Source: a bacterium (GTDB lineage: Bacteria; AUK180). From it: a stretch of 64,000 bases of DNA. Shown one piece after another: positions 38,309 through 48,420 of this stretch (position 1 is the stretch's first letter; each line of letters begins with the position of its first letter). Below the pieces are notes generated by a model, which ran no database searches, had not been told where the DNA came from, and saw only the letters and a list, made by a program, of their open reading frames with translations. The stretch is from positions 6,402 to 70,401 of the forward strand of contig JAGLWT010000090.1 of NCBI GenBank assembly GCA_023133295.1, written 5' to 3'. The position numbers and the translations under genes were made by a program.

Positions 38309-39442
38309 ATGGATAATCCCTTTTCATACGGAGGTGTCGTAACCGGTTCAAGTTTTACCAATAGGAAAAAAGAACTTCATGAGATCACAAATGATGTAAT
38401 GGCGGGGCAAAACATCTTTATCTACTCCCCGAGGCGTTATGGGAAAACCTCTCTTGTCAAGAATGTATTAAATAATATTCCGGATAAGAAAATGGTAAAG
38501 ATATATGTCGACTTTCTTCAGGTGTATTCCAGAAAAAGGTTTGTTGAAATATATTCCAGGGAAATCGGGAAGAAAATGAAGACTTCATTTGAAGGGGTGA
38601 TAAACTTTTTCAAAAAACATATTTCGAACGTGATTCCCACAGTAACCCTAAACGATGAAGACAAGCCCGAATTCAAACTGAAATACGAGGAAAGCGGTAA
38701 GATAAACGATCAACTATTATCCGATATGTTAGAATTACCCAGTAAGTTGATCAAAAGCCAGAAAAAAAGGGCGGTGATCGTTTTTGATGAGTTTCAGGAA
38801 ATATCAAAACTCAACGGCGAAGCGTTTGAAAATCAACTGCGATCAGTGATTCAACACCATGAAAATATAAGTTATATCTTCATGGGGAGCAAAATGCATA
38901 TCCTTCTAAATATGTTCAATAGTAAGAACCGGGCTCTCTACAATATCGGTAAAACACTGAACCTGAAAAAGATTGAGCGCCCGGAGATGATAAGCTACAT
39001 TGAAAAACAGTTCACGAAAGCAAAAAAGATAATCTCGGCAGGAGTGCCGGAAGAGATTTGCGTTCTTGCCAAAGATCATCCATATTATATTCAGATGCTC
39101 TGTCATCAGATCTGGTATGAATCTCTAGCCATAGATGAAATTGGGAAACAGACAGTGGATAAAGCGATTGAAGTTCTTCTTGCAAATCAGAATGAGTTTT
39201 TTTCAAAGATGTGGGGAGCTCTGTCGATGCATCAGAAAAAATTTCTTGTTGCGATATCCATGTCAGGCGGAACAGGGGTGTTTTCCGCTGAATACAGAAA
39301 TAAAAATCAACTGTCAGCACCTTCAACTGTAGAGCGAAGCGCTTCAAAGCTTGTCGAGGATGGCGTACTGGAGAAAAACAATGGGAACTACGAATATTCA
39401 GATCCCTTTTTTCAAATATGGGTTAAATTGAATAATAAGTAA
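38309..39442 (+). CDS. AAA+ (archaeal-type ATPase_2) protein with C-terminal wHTH
   Basis: NPFSYG..FTNRKKE; Walker A SPRRYGKTS; Walker B IVFDEFQ; DPFFQIW. Confidence 0.88.
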   Translation: MDNPFSYGGVVTGSSFTNRKKELHEITNDVMAGQNIFIYSPRRYGKTSLVKNVLNNIPDKKMVKIYVDFLQVYSRKRFVEIYSREIGKKMKTSFEGVINFFKKHISNVIPTVTLNDEDKPEFKLKYEESGKINDQLLSDMLELPSKLIKSQKKRAVIVFDEFQEISKLNGEAFENQLRSVIQHHENISYIFMGSKMHILLNMFNSKNRALYNIGKTLNLKKIERPEMISYIEKQFTKAKKIISAGVPEEICVLAKDHPYYIQMLCHQIWYESLAIDEIGKQTVDKAIEVLLANQNEFFSKMWGALSMHQKKFLVAISMSGGTGVFSAEYRNKNQLSAPSTVERSASKLVEDGVLEKNNGNYEYSDPFFQIWVKLNNK

Positions 39443-39589
39443 TTTCGCATGAGTGCGTAACGCAGTGTTGCGTAATATCCGCAGTTGACTGTTGGCCGAG
39501 AGTCCGTTTGCTGTGAGATTTGAAAACATATATTCAAAAGGAATATCGGGGGTGGTGGTTGCACTTGTTGCAAGTTACGATAAGATCAT

Positions 39590-39777
39590 TTATTTTATTT
39601 GAATTTAACTTGCGAACTTCCTGGGATGGATCCTTCGCGGAGAAGCTCAGGATGACGGAATGCAATGAACAATTAAGAAATGAACAATGAATAGTGGGGA
39701 AAACACAAGAAGCAAATACCAGATGGATCCTTCGCGGCGCAGCTCAGGATGACAAATAGCGAGAAAGATGGATTATC
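39590..39777 (+). repeat. second copy of the 37800-37992 repeat
   Basis: direct sequence match. Confidence 0.9.
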
Positions 39778-39850
39778 TGGTCAAGCCCGATAATGACAGA
39801 TGGAGGGATATTCTCCTTCCCAAACCAACCTCCAACCTCTAACCTCTGTC

Positions 39851-40213
39851 CTATTCGGACAAATTGATTAAGAAGTGTTCTATCTTATCCGAGACCTTGC
39901 AGGTCAGCGGCAGGAATTGAAGCCCGATTGTGATATTGCCGTCATGTGAATGCAGCCATCTGACGATGCCCTTCACTGTTACGATCTGCTCATTGTGGAG
40001 GCTCACCTCCAGGCTGATGCCGTAATTGAGCTGAACCGGGATATCATCATAGATCTCAAGAAGCATTCCACTCATCGAAAGATTAAGCGTCTTCCCCATA
40101 CCTTGATATATCCCGTTTCCGTTCTGATCATAAATTTCAACATTAGTCATGTTCAACGACTCGAGGCGTTTGTCTCTTCTTAAAAGTTTAAAATCATCCA
40201 TATAATCTGTCAT
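39851..40213 (-). CDS. PilZ domain protein
   Basis: RRDKR and NLSMSG c-di-GMP-binding motifs; GLQF. Confidence 0.85.
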   Translation of the reverse strand: MTDYMDDFKLLRRDKRLESLNMTNVEIYDQNGNGIYQGMGKTLNLSMSGMLLEIYDDIPVQLNYGISLEVSLHNEQIVTVKGIVRWLHSHDGNITIGLQFLPLTCKVSDKIEHFLINLSE

Positions 40214-40275
40214 ATATCCTCTCCTGTATTAAGTGTACTGTTTCATAAATAAATTGTCAATTCAATGATAAAACA

Positions 40276-41127
40276 CTACACCAGCTTAGTTTCATGAGCC
40301 CTGTAGCTTGATCTGACGAACGGGCCCGAATACACTTCTTCAAATCCTTGCTGTAAAGCTGCATCTTTGAGCGCGTCAAATTCCTCAAAAGAGTAGTATT
40401 TCTTTACGGGAAAGTGCTGCAGAGACGGTTGAAGGTATTGTCCGATCGTTAATATTCTGACCCCTGCCCGTCTTATTTCGCCCATGGTCTTTTTTAATTG
40501 CTCAAAGCTCTCTCCCAGTCCGGTCATGATGCCGGATTTCGTTGTCATACCGCGGGAATGAAAGAACGCCAGGACATTCAAAGAGCGCTCGAGGTCCGCC
40601 TGCGGCCTCACCTGTGAATAGAGTTCTGCTACCGTTTCGACATTGTGATTCAGAATATCCAGAGGGGAGTCAGCGATCATCTGCAATGCGGATTCGTTTC
40701 CCTGCATATCCGGGATCAGGAATTCAAGTCTTATTTCCGGGAACTTGTTCTTCAACTCGACCGCCAAGCGGTGAAAGTGCCCCGCTCCTCCCATCGGCAG
40801 GTCGTCTCTTGTCACCGATGTAATTACCACATATTTAAGTCCCATGATGCCGACAGATTCTACGATCCGCTCTATCTCATCGTGGTCCAGCGGCTCCGGT
40901 GCTCCGCTTTGTATATTGCAGAATCGGCAGTCACGCGTACAGGTGCTGCCCATTATCAGAAAGGTCGCCGTGCCGTTTCCGAAGCATTCGGAGCGGTTTG
41001 GACAATTCGCCGCCTGACAGACGGTATTCAAATCCTTTTCTCTGATCAATTGTGTGGTGGGCAGGGCATTACCCTGGATCTCCCTGTAATGGTCTTTAAG
41101 CCACAGGGGCCACCTCAGATAAGCCAT
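40276..41127 (-). CDS. lipA: lipoyl synthase
   Basis: CQAANCPNRSEC, CTRDCRFC, RSSY. Confidence 0.96.
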   Translation of the reverse strand: MAYLRWPLWLKDHYREIQGNALPTTQLIREKDLNTVCQAANCPNRSECFGNGTATFLIMGSTCTRDCRFCNIQSGAPEPLDHDEIERIVESVGIMGLKYVVITSVTRDDLPMGGAGHFHRLAVELKNKFPEIRLEFLIPDMQGNESALQMIADSPLDILNHNVETVAELYSQVRPQADLERSLNVLAFFHSRGMTTKSGIMTGLGESFEQLKKTMGEIRRAGVRILTIGQYLQPSLQHFPVKKYYSFEEFDALKDAALQQGFEEVYSGPFVRSSYRAHETKLV

Positions 41128-41133
41128 CTTCCG

Positions 41134-43404
41134 TCACTTCACCGTAAGATCCACCAATTGCAGTCCCTTTGGCTGGATCAGTATCAAGAAGTCATCATAT
41201 ATCTCAAGGTTGATAATATCTCCGCCCTCCTGCTTTGCGCGGAAGGTTTCCATATTATAGGTATTCAGAGAGAGCTTCATCACCTTGCGCTCCCCATTGG
41301 CGAGGAAGAGATAGCCGCCGCTTTGTTTCAGGAGATTGAAGGGCGGCCCGATCTGGAAGTCGGAGATGCGTTTCAGCACCTTGCCCCTTTTTATATCGAA
41401 AATATTTAGAATGTTCTTACCCTCTTCCTTTGACAAATATGTAAGGTATTTGTCGGTGTAATTCGTGAGGCTGACCTTGCCTGACTTATATTTGGTATTC
41501 CACATCTTCCGGCTGGTATTATAATTGGCAAGTCCGATATTTCCAAGGCCGAAGATATTTGAGCCGGTCTGTGAAACGAATTTGAAATTCGAATATCTCT
41601 GTTTTGTGATGGGGTCCATGTGGCCTTTTTTGAACACAGCTTCCATGCGGTCAACATCGAAAATGATCATCGTATCCTCACTTCCCACATAAAGCGACGA
41701 ATGCTTCTTGTTCAAAAAGAAGATCTTCTTGGAGGTAAGTCCCTCACTGGAAGTTATCATCTTTGTCTTTCGCCCTTCGAGCGTAAAGATCGATACGCCC
41801 TTTGATGTTCCGATGTATATTTTATTGCGGTACTTCACGCTTGGGGAAATATAATTCAATTCTTCTCCAGACGGAATGATGTTCTTAGAGTCCCTGGTGA
41901 TCAGGTTTACAAGCTCTACCTTGCCACCGGTAAAAAAGATCCACAGATACTTGTCAGCAGGGATGATCTTTGCCGCCATCATCTGATTGTCGTCCGCGAA
42001 TTCAAAGAGCTTCTTCATGGAGAAATCATCAGAATTATATTTGTAGATCGCCAGATTGGAAGCCAGGTAAAAATCCCTGTCGATCTTCGTTCCCATATTA
42101 AAGAGCTCGTCCTTGCCGGATAATTCATCCTTTGATATGAAGGTGTATTTGATACTCTCTTTCAGATCAGCGATCTTCTGCATATAAGGGGACTCGGGAA
42201 ATATTGAAATGAAATCGATCACTTCATCGTAGGCATCTCTTTTCCTTCGTACCTTCACAAGATTTTCAATGTAATAGAAATAGGCGTCGTCCTTTACCTT
42301 ATACTCGCCTTCCATTTTCAATACCTCGGTCAGGATCGGGAGTTTTTCAAGTACCGCGGTATTGTTCAAGGCCTGATAATACTTTGCCAAAGCGGAATTA
42401 TCCTCTTGCATGTTCTCATTGAGAAATTCGTACTGCGCCTTCAAATATTCATCATTGGCGGTCAATTCGCTATTTTGTTTCAAAAGTCCCATGATGCGAT
42501 TAAACGGCGGGGCGGCAAAATTCAGAGTATCTTTGGTAAAGGACAGCAGATCGGATGTATCAAGTTCTCCGTAAATAGTAAAAAGCGTTTCATAGGAGTT
42601 GAGCATCTCCTCTTCCAATCCGAGATATCTCGCTCCGATAAGTTTGAATTTGTGAAACTCCATAGACTTCTTATAATCCTCAAATTCAACCCTCTTTAAG
42701 AATTCCATTCCCTTTTCGATCTCGCCTTTGTCCAGTCCCGACGAGCAGGCGATAAGGCTTTGACCCGCCCGGAGGTAGAACATTGAGCGTATCCTTCCGG
42801 GAGGTGTTTTTGAAACATTTTTCTCGAAATACTCCGCCTTTGAAGAGTGATATGATATGGATTCCACCATATTTGCCGCCATGTCCCATCTCAGGCCTAT
42901 GGCAATCGCGAATATGGCCGCAAGCAAAAAGATGCCGAGCAGGCGGTTTTTAATAAAGCTGGCGAACTTCGAGCGTTGAAGGACAAATGCCAGGAGGAAT
43001 CCCGTAAAGGCGATATAGAACGGTACGATAAAATTACCGGAAAGAAAGATCACCCGCATGGTATGCATGGAGATAAGCCTTTTCAAGCTGATACCGGAGA
43101 AGAGAAAGAAAACAACTTTATCGATCATTATGAAGAGCAGCAGAAATATGAACAGAAGGAACAAACTGGTCAAGAATCTGAGATTGATCTTTGCAGGCGG
43201 CAGGTCAAATTTTTTCTTGTCGACCTTGAAGATGTAATTGATCAGAAAATACTCAAGAAGTATTATCACCAGCAATAACGGCAATCCGCCTAATACAAAG
43301 GAGGAAGTGGAGATCAAAAGAAGCCCTTTTGGGCTAATTGCAAAATATAATACCCACATCAATACCAAAACGACGATCGAGGTTCCTGTGGCAATCAAAA
43401 ACAT
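41134..43404 (-). CDS. hypothetical membrane protein with TPR-like and beta-propeller-like regions
   Basis: N-terminal TM helices, helical middle, C-terminal beta repeats; AAGGGAGG RBS. Confidence 0.7.
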   Translation of the reverse strand: MFLIATGTSIVVLVLMWVLYFAISPKGLLLISTSSFVLGGLPLLLVIILLEYFLINYIFKVDKKKFDLPPAKINLRFLTSLFLLFIFLLLFIMIDKVVFFLFSGISLKRLISMHTMRVIFLSGNFIVPFYIAFTGFLLAFVLQRSKFASFIKNRLLGIFLLAAIFAIAIGLRWDMAANMVESISYHSSKAEYFEKNVSKTPPGRIRSMFYLRAGQSLIACSSGLDKGEIEKGMEFLKRVEFEDYKKSMEFHKFKLIGARYLGLEEEMLNSYETLFTIYGELDTSDLLSFTKDTLNFAAPPFNRIMGLLKQNSELTANDEYLKAQYEFLNENMQEDNSALAKYYQALNNTAVLEKLPILTEVLKMEGEYKVKDDAYFYYIENLVKVRRKRDAYDEVIDFISIFPESPYMQKIADLKESIKYTFISKDELSGKDELFNMGTKIDRDFYLASNLAIYKYNSDDFSMKKLFEFADDNQMMAAKIIPADKYLWIFFTGGKVELVNLITRDSKNIIPSGEELNYISPSVKYRNKIYIGTSKGVSIFTLEGRKTKMITSSEGLTSKKIFFLNKKHSSLYVGSEDTMIIFDVDRMEAVFKKGHMDPITKQRYSNFKFVSQTGSNIFGLGNIGLANYNTSRKMWNTKYKSGKVSLTNYTDKYLTYLSKEEGKNILNIFDIKRGKVLKRISDFQIGPPFNLLKQSGGYLFLANGERKVMKLSLNTYNMETFRAKQEGGDIINLEIYDDFLILIQPKGLQLVDLTVK

Positions 43405-43489
43405 ATGTCCCTCCCTTAAAATTAATTGGATTTGTTTTTAGTACCTATATAGTGAATATGCTCCGTAACCCCCGATATATAGTTCATCC

Positions 43490-43538
43490 GTGGTAGAAAG
43501 TGGTAGGGAATGGTAGGATGTGTGGAATTGGTGGTAGA
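43490..43538 (+). promoter_or_regulatory. MraZ-binding boxes of the dcw promoter
   Basis: GTGGTAGAAA-GTGGTAGGGA-ATGGTAGGAT-GTGTGG ~10-bp repeats upstream of mraZ, followed by TGTATAAT. Confidence 0.75.
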
Positions 43539-43647
43539 TATATTGTATAATGCTACCGGAAATAAGGGACATAAACGTGAATATAAGTACATCTGCATTT
43601 ATTTTAAGTTTTATTGCCGGAAAAGTCAAATTAAGGAGGGTCTGCAA

Positions 43648-44118
43648 ATGAAGTTCAGAGGGAATTATTCCTACTCTATAGATTCCAAAGGAAGGGTCAT
43701 GCTGCCGAATGAGATCAGAAGCGTAATGACCGAGCGTTCAATAGACCGATTTGTCGTCCTTCCCGGATTCTCTGTTGATTACAAGTATCTCTTTATCCTC
43801 CCCAAAGATTTTTCCAATACCATCGAATCGAAACTGGAATCACTTAAATTCTTTGATGTCAAGGCACAGCAGATCTTCACCTTTTTCTTTGGTAACTCTT
43901 TCGAGGTCCAGGCCGACGGACAGGGACGAATCCGCATCCCGTCCGGCCTTGTAGCAAAATTCGGTTTTGCCAAGGAAGTTGTCATCACAGGTGAAGGAGA
44001 TTTTCTGAAGCTCTGGATACCCGAGGATTACAAGCAGATGATGGAAAAGGAGTTTACCGGTGATATGGAGAATATCACGGATATTCTGAATTCTATCAAT
44101 GAGAAGTATGACATATGA
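43648..44118 (+). CDS. mraZ: transcriptional regulator MraZ
   Basis: FRGNYSYSIDSKGRVMLP; DGQGRIRIP; AAGGAGG RBS. Confidence 0.93.
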   Translation: MKFRGNYSYSIDSKGRVMLPNEIRSVMTERSIDRFVVLPGFSVDYKYLFILPKDFSNTIESKLESLKFFDVKAQQIFTFFFGNSFEVQADGQGRIRIPSGLVAKFGFAKEVVITGEGDFLKLWIPEDYKQMMEKEFTGDMENITDILNSINEKYDI

Positions 44119-44975
44119 TGGTAACCCATATCCCGGTCCTAAAGGAAGAGATACTTCAGTTCATCCGGGATCACGCTACCATAAAGAGTTTCTGTGACTG
44201 TACATTGGGCGAAGGCGGTCATACCCGTTTTCTGAAAGATGAACTTGAAGGCTGGACATTTTCCGGATTCGACCGGGATTCACTGATCATCGAGTCCGCT
44301 TTAAAAAGGATCGGAGATGATGTCGATGTGATCAATGATTCCTATGAGAATGTGGATAAGTATCCCGCATCTGATTCCGGTGTATTCCTTCTGGACCTGG
44401 GTATCAGCATGTTCCATTATAAGGACTCAAAGCGCGGATTTACATTTACCAGGCCGGAAGAACCCCTTGATATGAGATACTCGCATATCTCCGGCCCTAC
44501 CGCCGCGGATATATTAAATGAATATACTCCCATTCAACTCGAGACCATGCTGATGGACAATGCGGATATCTATCGTCCGGGATATTTTATCGAGAAGATC
44601 ATGAAAACACGGAAGGAAACACCCTTCTCTACGGTGTCGGACCTGCTTTCACTTTTTCCATCTCATGGGAAGGTCAGGGGTAATCACCCTCTCACCTTAT
44701 TTTTTCAGGCCCTTCGCATTGAGGTCAATCAGGAGTTCAATCACCTGGAGACCTTTTTAAGTAAAATGAATGTATTCCCGCGGTCCGATGCGCTGTTTAT
44801 CTTCATCTCATACCATTCGGGTGAGGACAGAAGGATCAAGCAGAGTTTCCGGGAGATGAGGGACGCCAACAGGCTAAAGATCATAAATAAAAGAGTAGTT
44901 AAGCCCGCGTGGGAGGAAGTGCAGAAAAACAGGGCCTCCCGTTCCGCCAAATTGCGCGCGGGGATCATTATATGA
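44115..44975 (+). CDS. rsmH: 16S rRNA m4C1402 methyltransferase
   Basis: HIPVL, DCTLGEGGH, LDLGIS, PLDMR, FQALRIEVN, RSAKLR. Confidence 0.95.
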   Translation: MMVTHIPVLKEEILQFIRDHATIKSFCDCTLGEGGHTRFLKDELEGWTFSGFDRDSLIIESALKRIGDDVDVINDSYENVDKYPASDSGVFLLDLGISMFHYKDSKRGFTFTRPEEPLDMRYSHISGPTAADILNEYTPIQLETMLMDNADIYRPGYFIEKIMKTRKETPFSTVSDLLSLFPSHGKVRGNHPLTLFFQALRIEVNQEFNHLETFLSKMNVFPRSDALFIFISYHSGEDRRIKQSFREMRDANRLKIINKRVVKPAWEEVQKNRASRSAKLRAGIII

Positions 44976-45241
44976 ACAAAAAAAAGCGATTGTTCTGGGG
45001 GCTCATTCTATTATTTGTCCTCATGTTCACATATATAAATTTTCAGATCAACAGCCGGATCAATTATTACACGATCTCGGTGAAGGAAAAGCAATTGGAG
45101 CAATTAAAAGATTTTCGACGCAAGCTGCTTTTGGAATATTATGTACTCTATGACTATAAATATGTTGAAAAGGCCGCCCGTGAAAAGCTGGGATTTGACT
45201 ACTCCGGGATACATAAGGATGTGAGGCTGGTAGTTGAATAA
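44972..45241 (+). CDS. ftsL: cell division protein FtsL-like
   Basis: TM + coiled coil, VEKAAREKLG; position between rsmH and ftsI. Confidence 0.7.
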   Translation: MNKKKRLFWGLILLFVLMFTYINFQINSRINYYTISVKEKQLEQLKDFRRKLLLEYYVLYDYKYVEKAAREKLGFDYSGIHKDVRLVVE

Positions 45242-47006
45242 ATTAAGATTGAGTATAATCATAGGCCTTATCGTGCTCTTCTGGGGCTATATAATGTTCT
45301 CTTATGTAAGATTAATTGCCAATAAGAGCAAAAAACGAAGCCCGTATACCGAAATACAATTGGCACCCCGCGGAGATATCCTGGATTCCGAAGGCAAGAT
45401 CATCGCGACCTCTGTTGCTCTTTTTTCATCATATTTTTATACAGCGAGATCATCTCAGGAAGAAGTGGAATATATAAGAAGAGCTATTTCAAGGGTTCTC
45501 GTCCAGCGCGGCTTCAAGCGCAGCCTGATAAGGGACTTCAATTACCGCTGCGGAGAATATGCCCGCAAACACCGCACCTTTGAGTTCATGAGCGGCGAGC
45601 TGGACCTTGATATTCATGAAGAAATAATCCGCAGTCTTGCCGACGGTGATGTTGAGATAAAGGATTTGAGGGGAAAGATATACTCAAAGAAGAACTACAG
45701 GAGGTTTTATCCCTTTGGAAAACGATTCGGTCCGATACTGGGATATATTGACCAGAAAGGAAATCCTCCATACGGCCTTGAAAGAGCGTACAATAAAAGT
45801 TTGAAGGGCCGGGAAGGCATATATTTCAAAAATTCCGTTATCTCCGCGGTCGGCGGCAGATGGGGAAAGGTAAAATGGGTTGAGGAGCCGCAGAATGGGG
45901 AAGAAGTCAAGCTGACCATCGATACGGTCCTGCAGGACTTGAGTTACCGATTTCTGGGTGACGCGGTAAAGAAATACGATGCGGTTTCCGGTTGTGCCGT
46001 GGTCATTGAGACCGAAACGGGAAAGATCCGTGCCTTTGTGAACTATCCGAGTTTTGACCCTAATAATTATTCCTCTTATTCCATTTCGCTTTTTCAGAAT
46101 ACCGGAGTTTCATCTTTGCTGGAAGTAGGGTCGGTAATGAAACCCCTGGTTATCGGCTATCTGATGGACTACACCGATGCCTCGGGCAGAAAGTTCCTGA
46201 AGCCATCCGATAAATATTACTGTGAAAAAGGAAAATATAAGATCCCCACGGGGAGAAAGACCAGGGTGATAGAAGATTCTGAGAAATTCAAAACATTGGA
46301 CATCGCGGACATTCTGGCGTATTCATCCAATATCGGCATGGCGAAGATCATGCAGAAGTATGAAGACAAGGGTGACAAGCTCGGCCTTTACAGATATCTG
46401 ATATCGCTTCTGAACCTTAAAAGAAGTATAAAGATCGATATTCCGGGATATCAAAAGGGTGTTTTGAAGCATTATAATAAGTGGACCAGAAATTACTCGA
46501 TGATCTCTTTTGCCATCGGCCATGAGATATCGGCGCCTTTCATTAATTATGTTATGGCATTCAATACCATCCCCGCAAAAGGAAAGCTGCTGCGGCCTCT
46601 TCTCAAGGAGAGTGATCCCGTCGAGGCCTTTGAAAACAGTATATTTTCGGCCGCGACAGCCGAATTCCTTCAGAAAGCGATGGCGCTGGTGGTTGATGAG
46701 GGTACCGGCAAGAATATCAGGAACGCCCGCATAGGATTTGCGGGAAAAACAGGAACAGCAAGAAAGTGGGACAGAAAATCGGCCTCCTATTCCAAGGAGA
46801 AGTACCTGGCCTCTTTCATCGGATATTTCCCGAGAGAGAATCCCAAATATACCATCGGGGTTTTTGTAGACGAGCCAAGGGAATCCATTTACGGCGGATC
46901 GGTCGCCGCGCCGGTATTCAAACAGATCGCGGAACGGCTTTACCATATGGAATTGAATAAGACCACTTATATATTCAAGGAGAAAGACATTGCATCTTCA
47001 AAATAG
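45234..47006 (+). CDS. ftsI: penicillin-binding protein 3
   Basis: RGDILD, GSVMKP, SSNIG, GKTGT. Confidence 0.93.
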   Translation: MNKLRLSIIIGLIVLFWGYIMFSYVRLIANKSKKRSPYTEIQLAPRGDILDSEGKIIATSVALFSSYFYTARSSQEEVEYIRRAISRVLVQRGFKRSLIRDFNYRCGEYARKHRTFEFMSGELDLDIHEEIIRSLADGDVEIKDLRGKIYSKKNYRRFYPFGKRFGPILGYIDQKGNPPYGLERAYNKSLKGREGIYFKNSVISAVGGRWGKVKWVEEPQNGEEVKLTIDTVLQDLSYRFLGDAVKKYDAVSGCAVVIETETGKIRAFVNYPSFDPNNYSSYSISLFQNTGVSSLLEVGSVMKPLVIGYLMDYTDASGRKFLKPSDKYYCEKGKYKIPTGRKTRVIEDSEKFKTLDIADILAYSSNIGMAKIMQKYEDKGDKLGLYRYLISLLNLKRSIKIDIPGYQKGVLKHYNKWTRNYSMISFAIGHEISAPFINYVMAFNTIPAKGKLLRPLLKESDPVEAFENSIFSAATAEFLQKAMALVVDEGTGKNIRNARIGFAGKTGTARKWDRKSASYSKEKYLASFIGYFPRENPKYTIGVFVDEPRESIYGGSVAAPVFKQIAERLYHMELNKTTYIFKEKDIASSK

Positions 47007-48420
47007 AATGAAAAAATACGGACTTGATTTTTCGCCCGCTTCCATTGAAATGGATTCCAGAAAGATCATTCCCGGCTCGGTCTTCGTTGCCGTAAAGGGA
47101 AGGTTCTATGACGGCCATGATTATATTTCTCAAGCCATAGAGAACGGCGCCAAAGCCGTTGCGGGAGAGATGGTGTACCCCGGAAAGCGAAAGGGGGTCA
47201 TATTTGTGAAAACGCCGAAGATATCAGAATATATGAACTCTCTTGCCTACGATCTCTACAGGGCTAATCTTGAAAAGATGGATCTTTTCGGAGTTACGGG
47301 AACAAATGGAAAGACATCGACGGTCTATTTCCTTCACTCCATCTTCAATCATGCCGCGCAGAAATGCTCCCTTACCGGAACCGTCGAGAATCTGATCGGA
47401 AAAGAGCACATTCCCTCGGTCAATACCACTCCGTTCGCTCCGGAACTCTTCAAAATACTCAGCAGATCATTTGATCTCGGATTTCATACCTGCGCCATGG
47501 AAATATCCTCGCATTCCCTGAAGGAAGACCGCATTCACGGCCTTGAGTTCTCGGGAGGCATCTTCACAAATATCACGGCCGATCATATGGATTATCACGA
47601 GAGCATGGATGATTATATCAATTCAAAGATGCTAATACTCTCAAAGATGAGAAATTCCGCTCCGATGATAATAAATATGGATGACCCGCTTCTGGCAAAG
47701 AATGAAATGATAAAGAAGTATGCGAATACGGTGACCTTCGGGCAAAAGGGTGATTTCACAATTAAAGAGACAAGCCTGTCAAGCTCCAATGCCTCGTACA
47801 CATTCATATATCAGACAAAGTCCTATGATGTCGAATTAAAATTAAGCGGCAGCTTTGCGGTCTATAACAGCTTAGGCGCAATCGCATTGGCGGTGGCAAA
47901 GGGGATGTCCGTGAAAACAGCGGTCGAAGGTGCGGAAAAGCTGGAAATGGTCCCCGGCCGTTTTCAGGCGATAAGAATGGGGAACATCACCGTGATCGTG
48001 GATTATGCCCACACTCCGGATGCCTTGGAAAAACTTCTCGCATCCGTGAAACAGCTTCAGCACGAGAGCATCATTACGGTCTTCGGCGCCGGCGGTGACA
48101 GGGATAATTCAAAACGGCCCCTTATGGGAAAGGCGGTTGAGAAGTTTTCCGATCTTTTGATAGTAACCTCTGATAATCCAAGAACGGAGGATCCGGAACA
48201 TATCATTGACGACATACTGAAAGGGATTTCCGATACGGCCGCCTGCAAGAGGATAACAGACAGAAGAGAAGCGATAAGATATGCTGTCAAGAGCGCAAAG
48301 GAAGGAGATATCATCATCATCGCCGGCAAGGGGCATGAAGATTATCAGATACTGGGGAATAAAAAGGTCCATTTTTCCGACCTTGAAGAAGTTAAGAGGA
48401 TATTCAATGAAAATAAATAA
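46990..48420 (+). CDS. murE: UDP-MurNAc-tripeptide synthetase
   Basis: GVTGTNGKTS, VDYAHTPD, DNPR, AGKGHE. Confidence 0.96.
   Translation: MHLQNRMKKYGLDFSPASIEMDSRKIIPGSVFVAVKGRFYDGHDYISQAIENGAKAVAGEMVYPGKRKGVIFVKTPKISEYMNSLAYDLYRANLEKMDLFGVTGTNGKTSTVYFLHSIFNHAAQKCSLTGTVENLIGKEHIPSVNTTPFAPELFKILSRSFDLGFHTCAMEISSHSLKEDRIHGLEFSGGIFTNITADHMDYHESMDDYINSKMLILSKMRNSAPMIINMDDPLLAKNEMIKKYANTVTFGQKGDFTIKETSLSSSNASYTFIYQTKSYDVELKLSGSFAVYNSLGAIALAVAKGMSVKTAVEGAEKLEMVPGRFQAIRMGNITVIVDYAHTPDALEKLLASVKQLQHESIITVFGAGGDRDNSKRPLMGKAVEKFSDLLIVTSDNPRTEDPEHIIDDILKGISDTAACKRITDRREAIRYAVKSAKEGDIIIIAGKGHEDYQILGNKKVHFSDLEEVKRIFNENK

Noticed and set aside
9167-39850. Classical integron (attC sites, intI)
   Set aside because: No RYYYAAC...GTTRRRY palindromic attC was seen after the stop codons, and there is no tyrosine recombinase ORF in the window.
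40645-41409. 254-aa + strand ORF
   Set aside because: Antisense shadow of lipA and the upstream gene.
43510-43647. 5' extensions given by the ORF track (mraZ; likewise murF, ftsL, 16116, 2222, 12658, 63926)
   Set aside because: They overlap promoters or upstream genes; downstream starts have better RBS or motif support.
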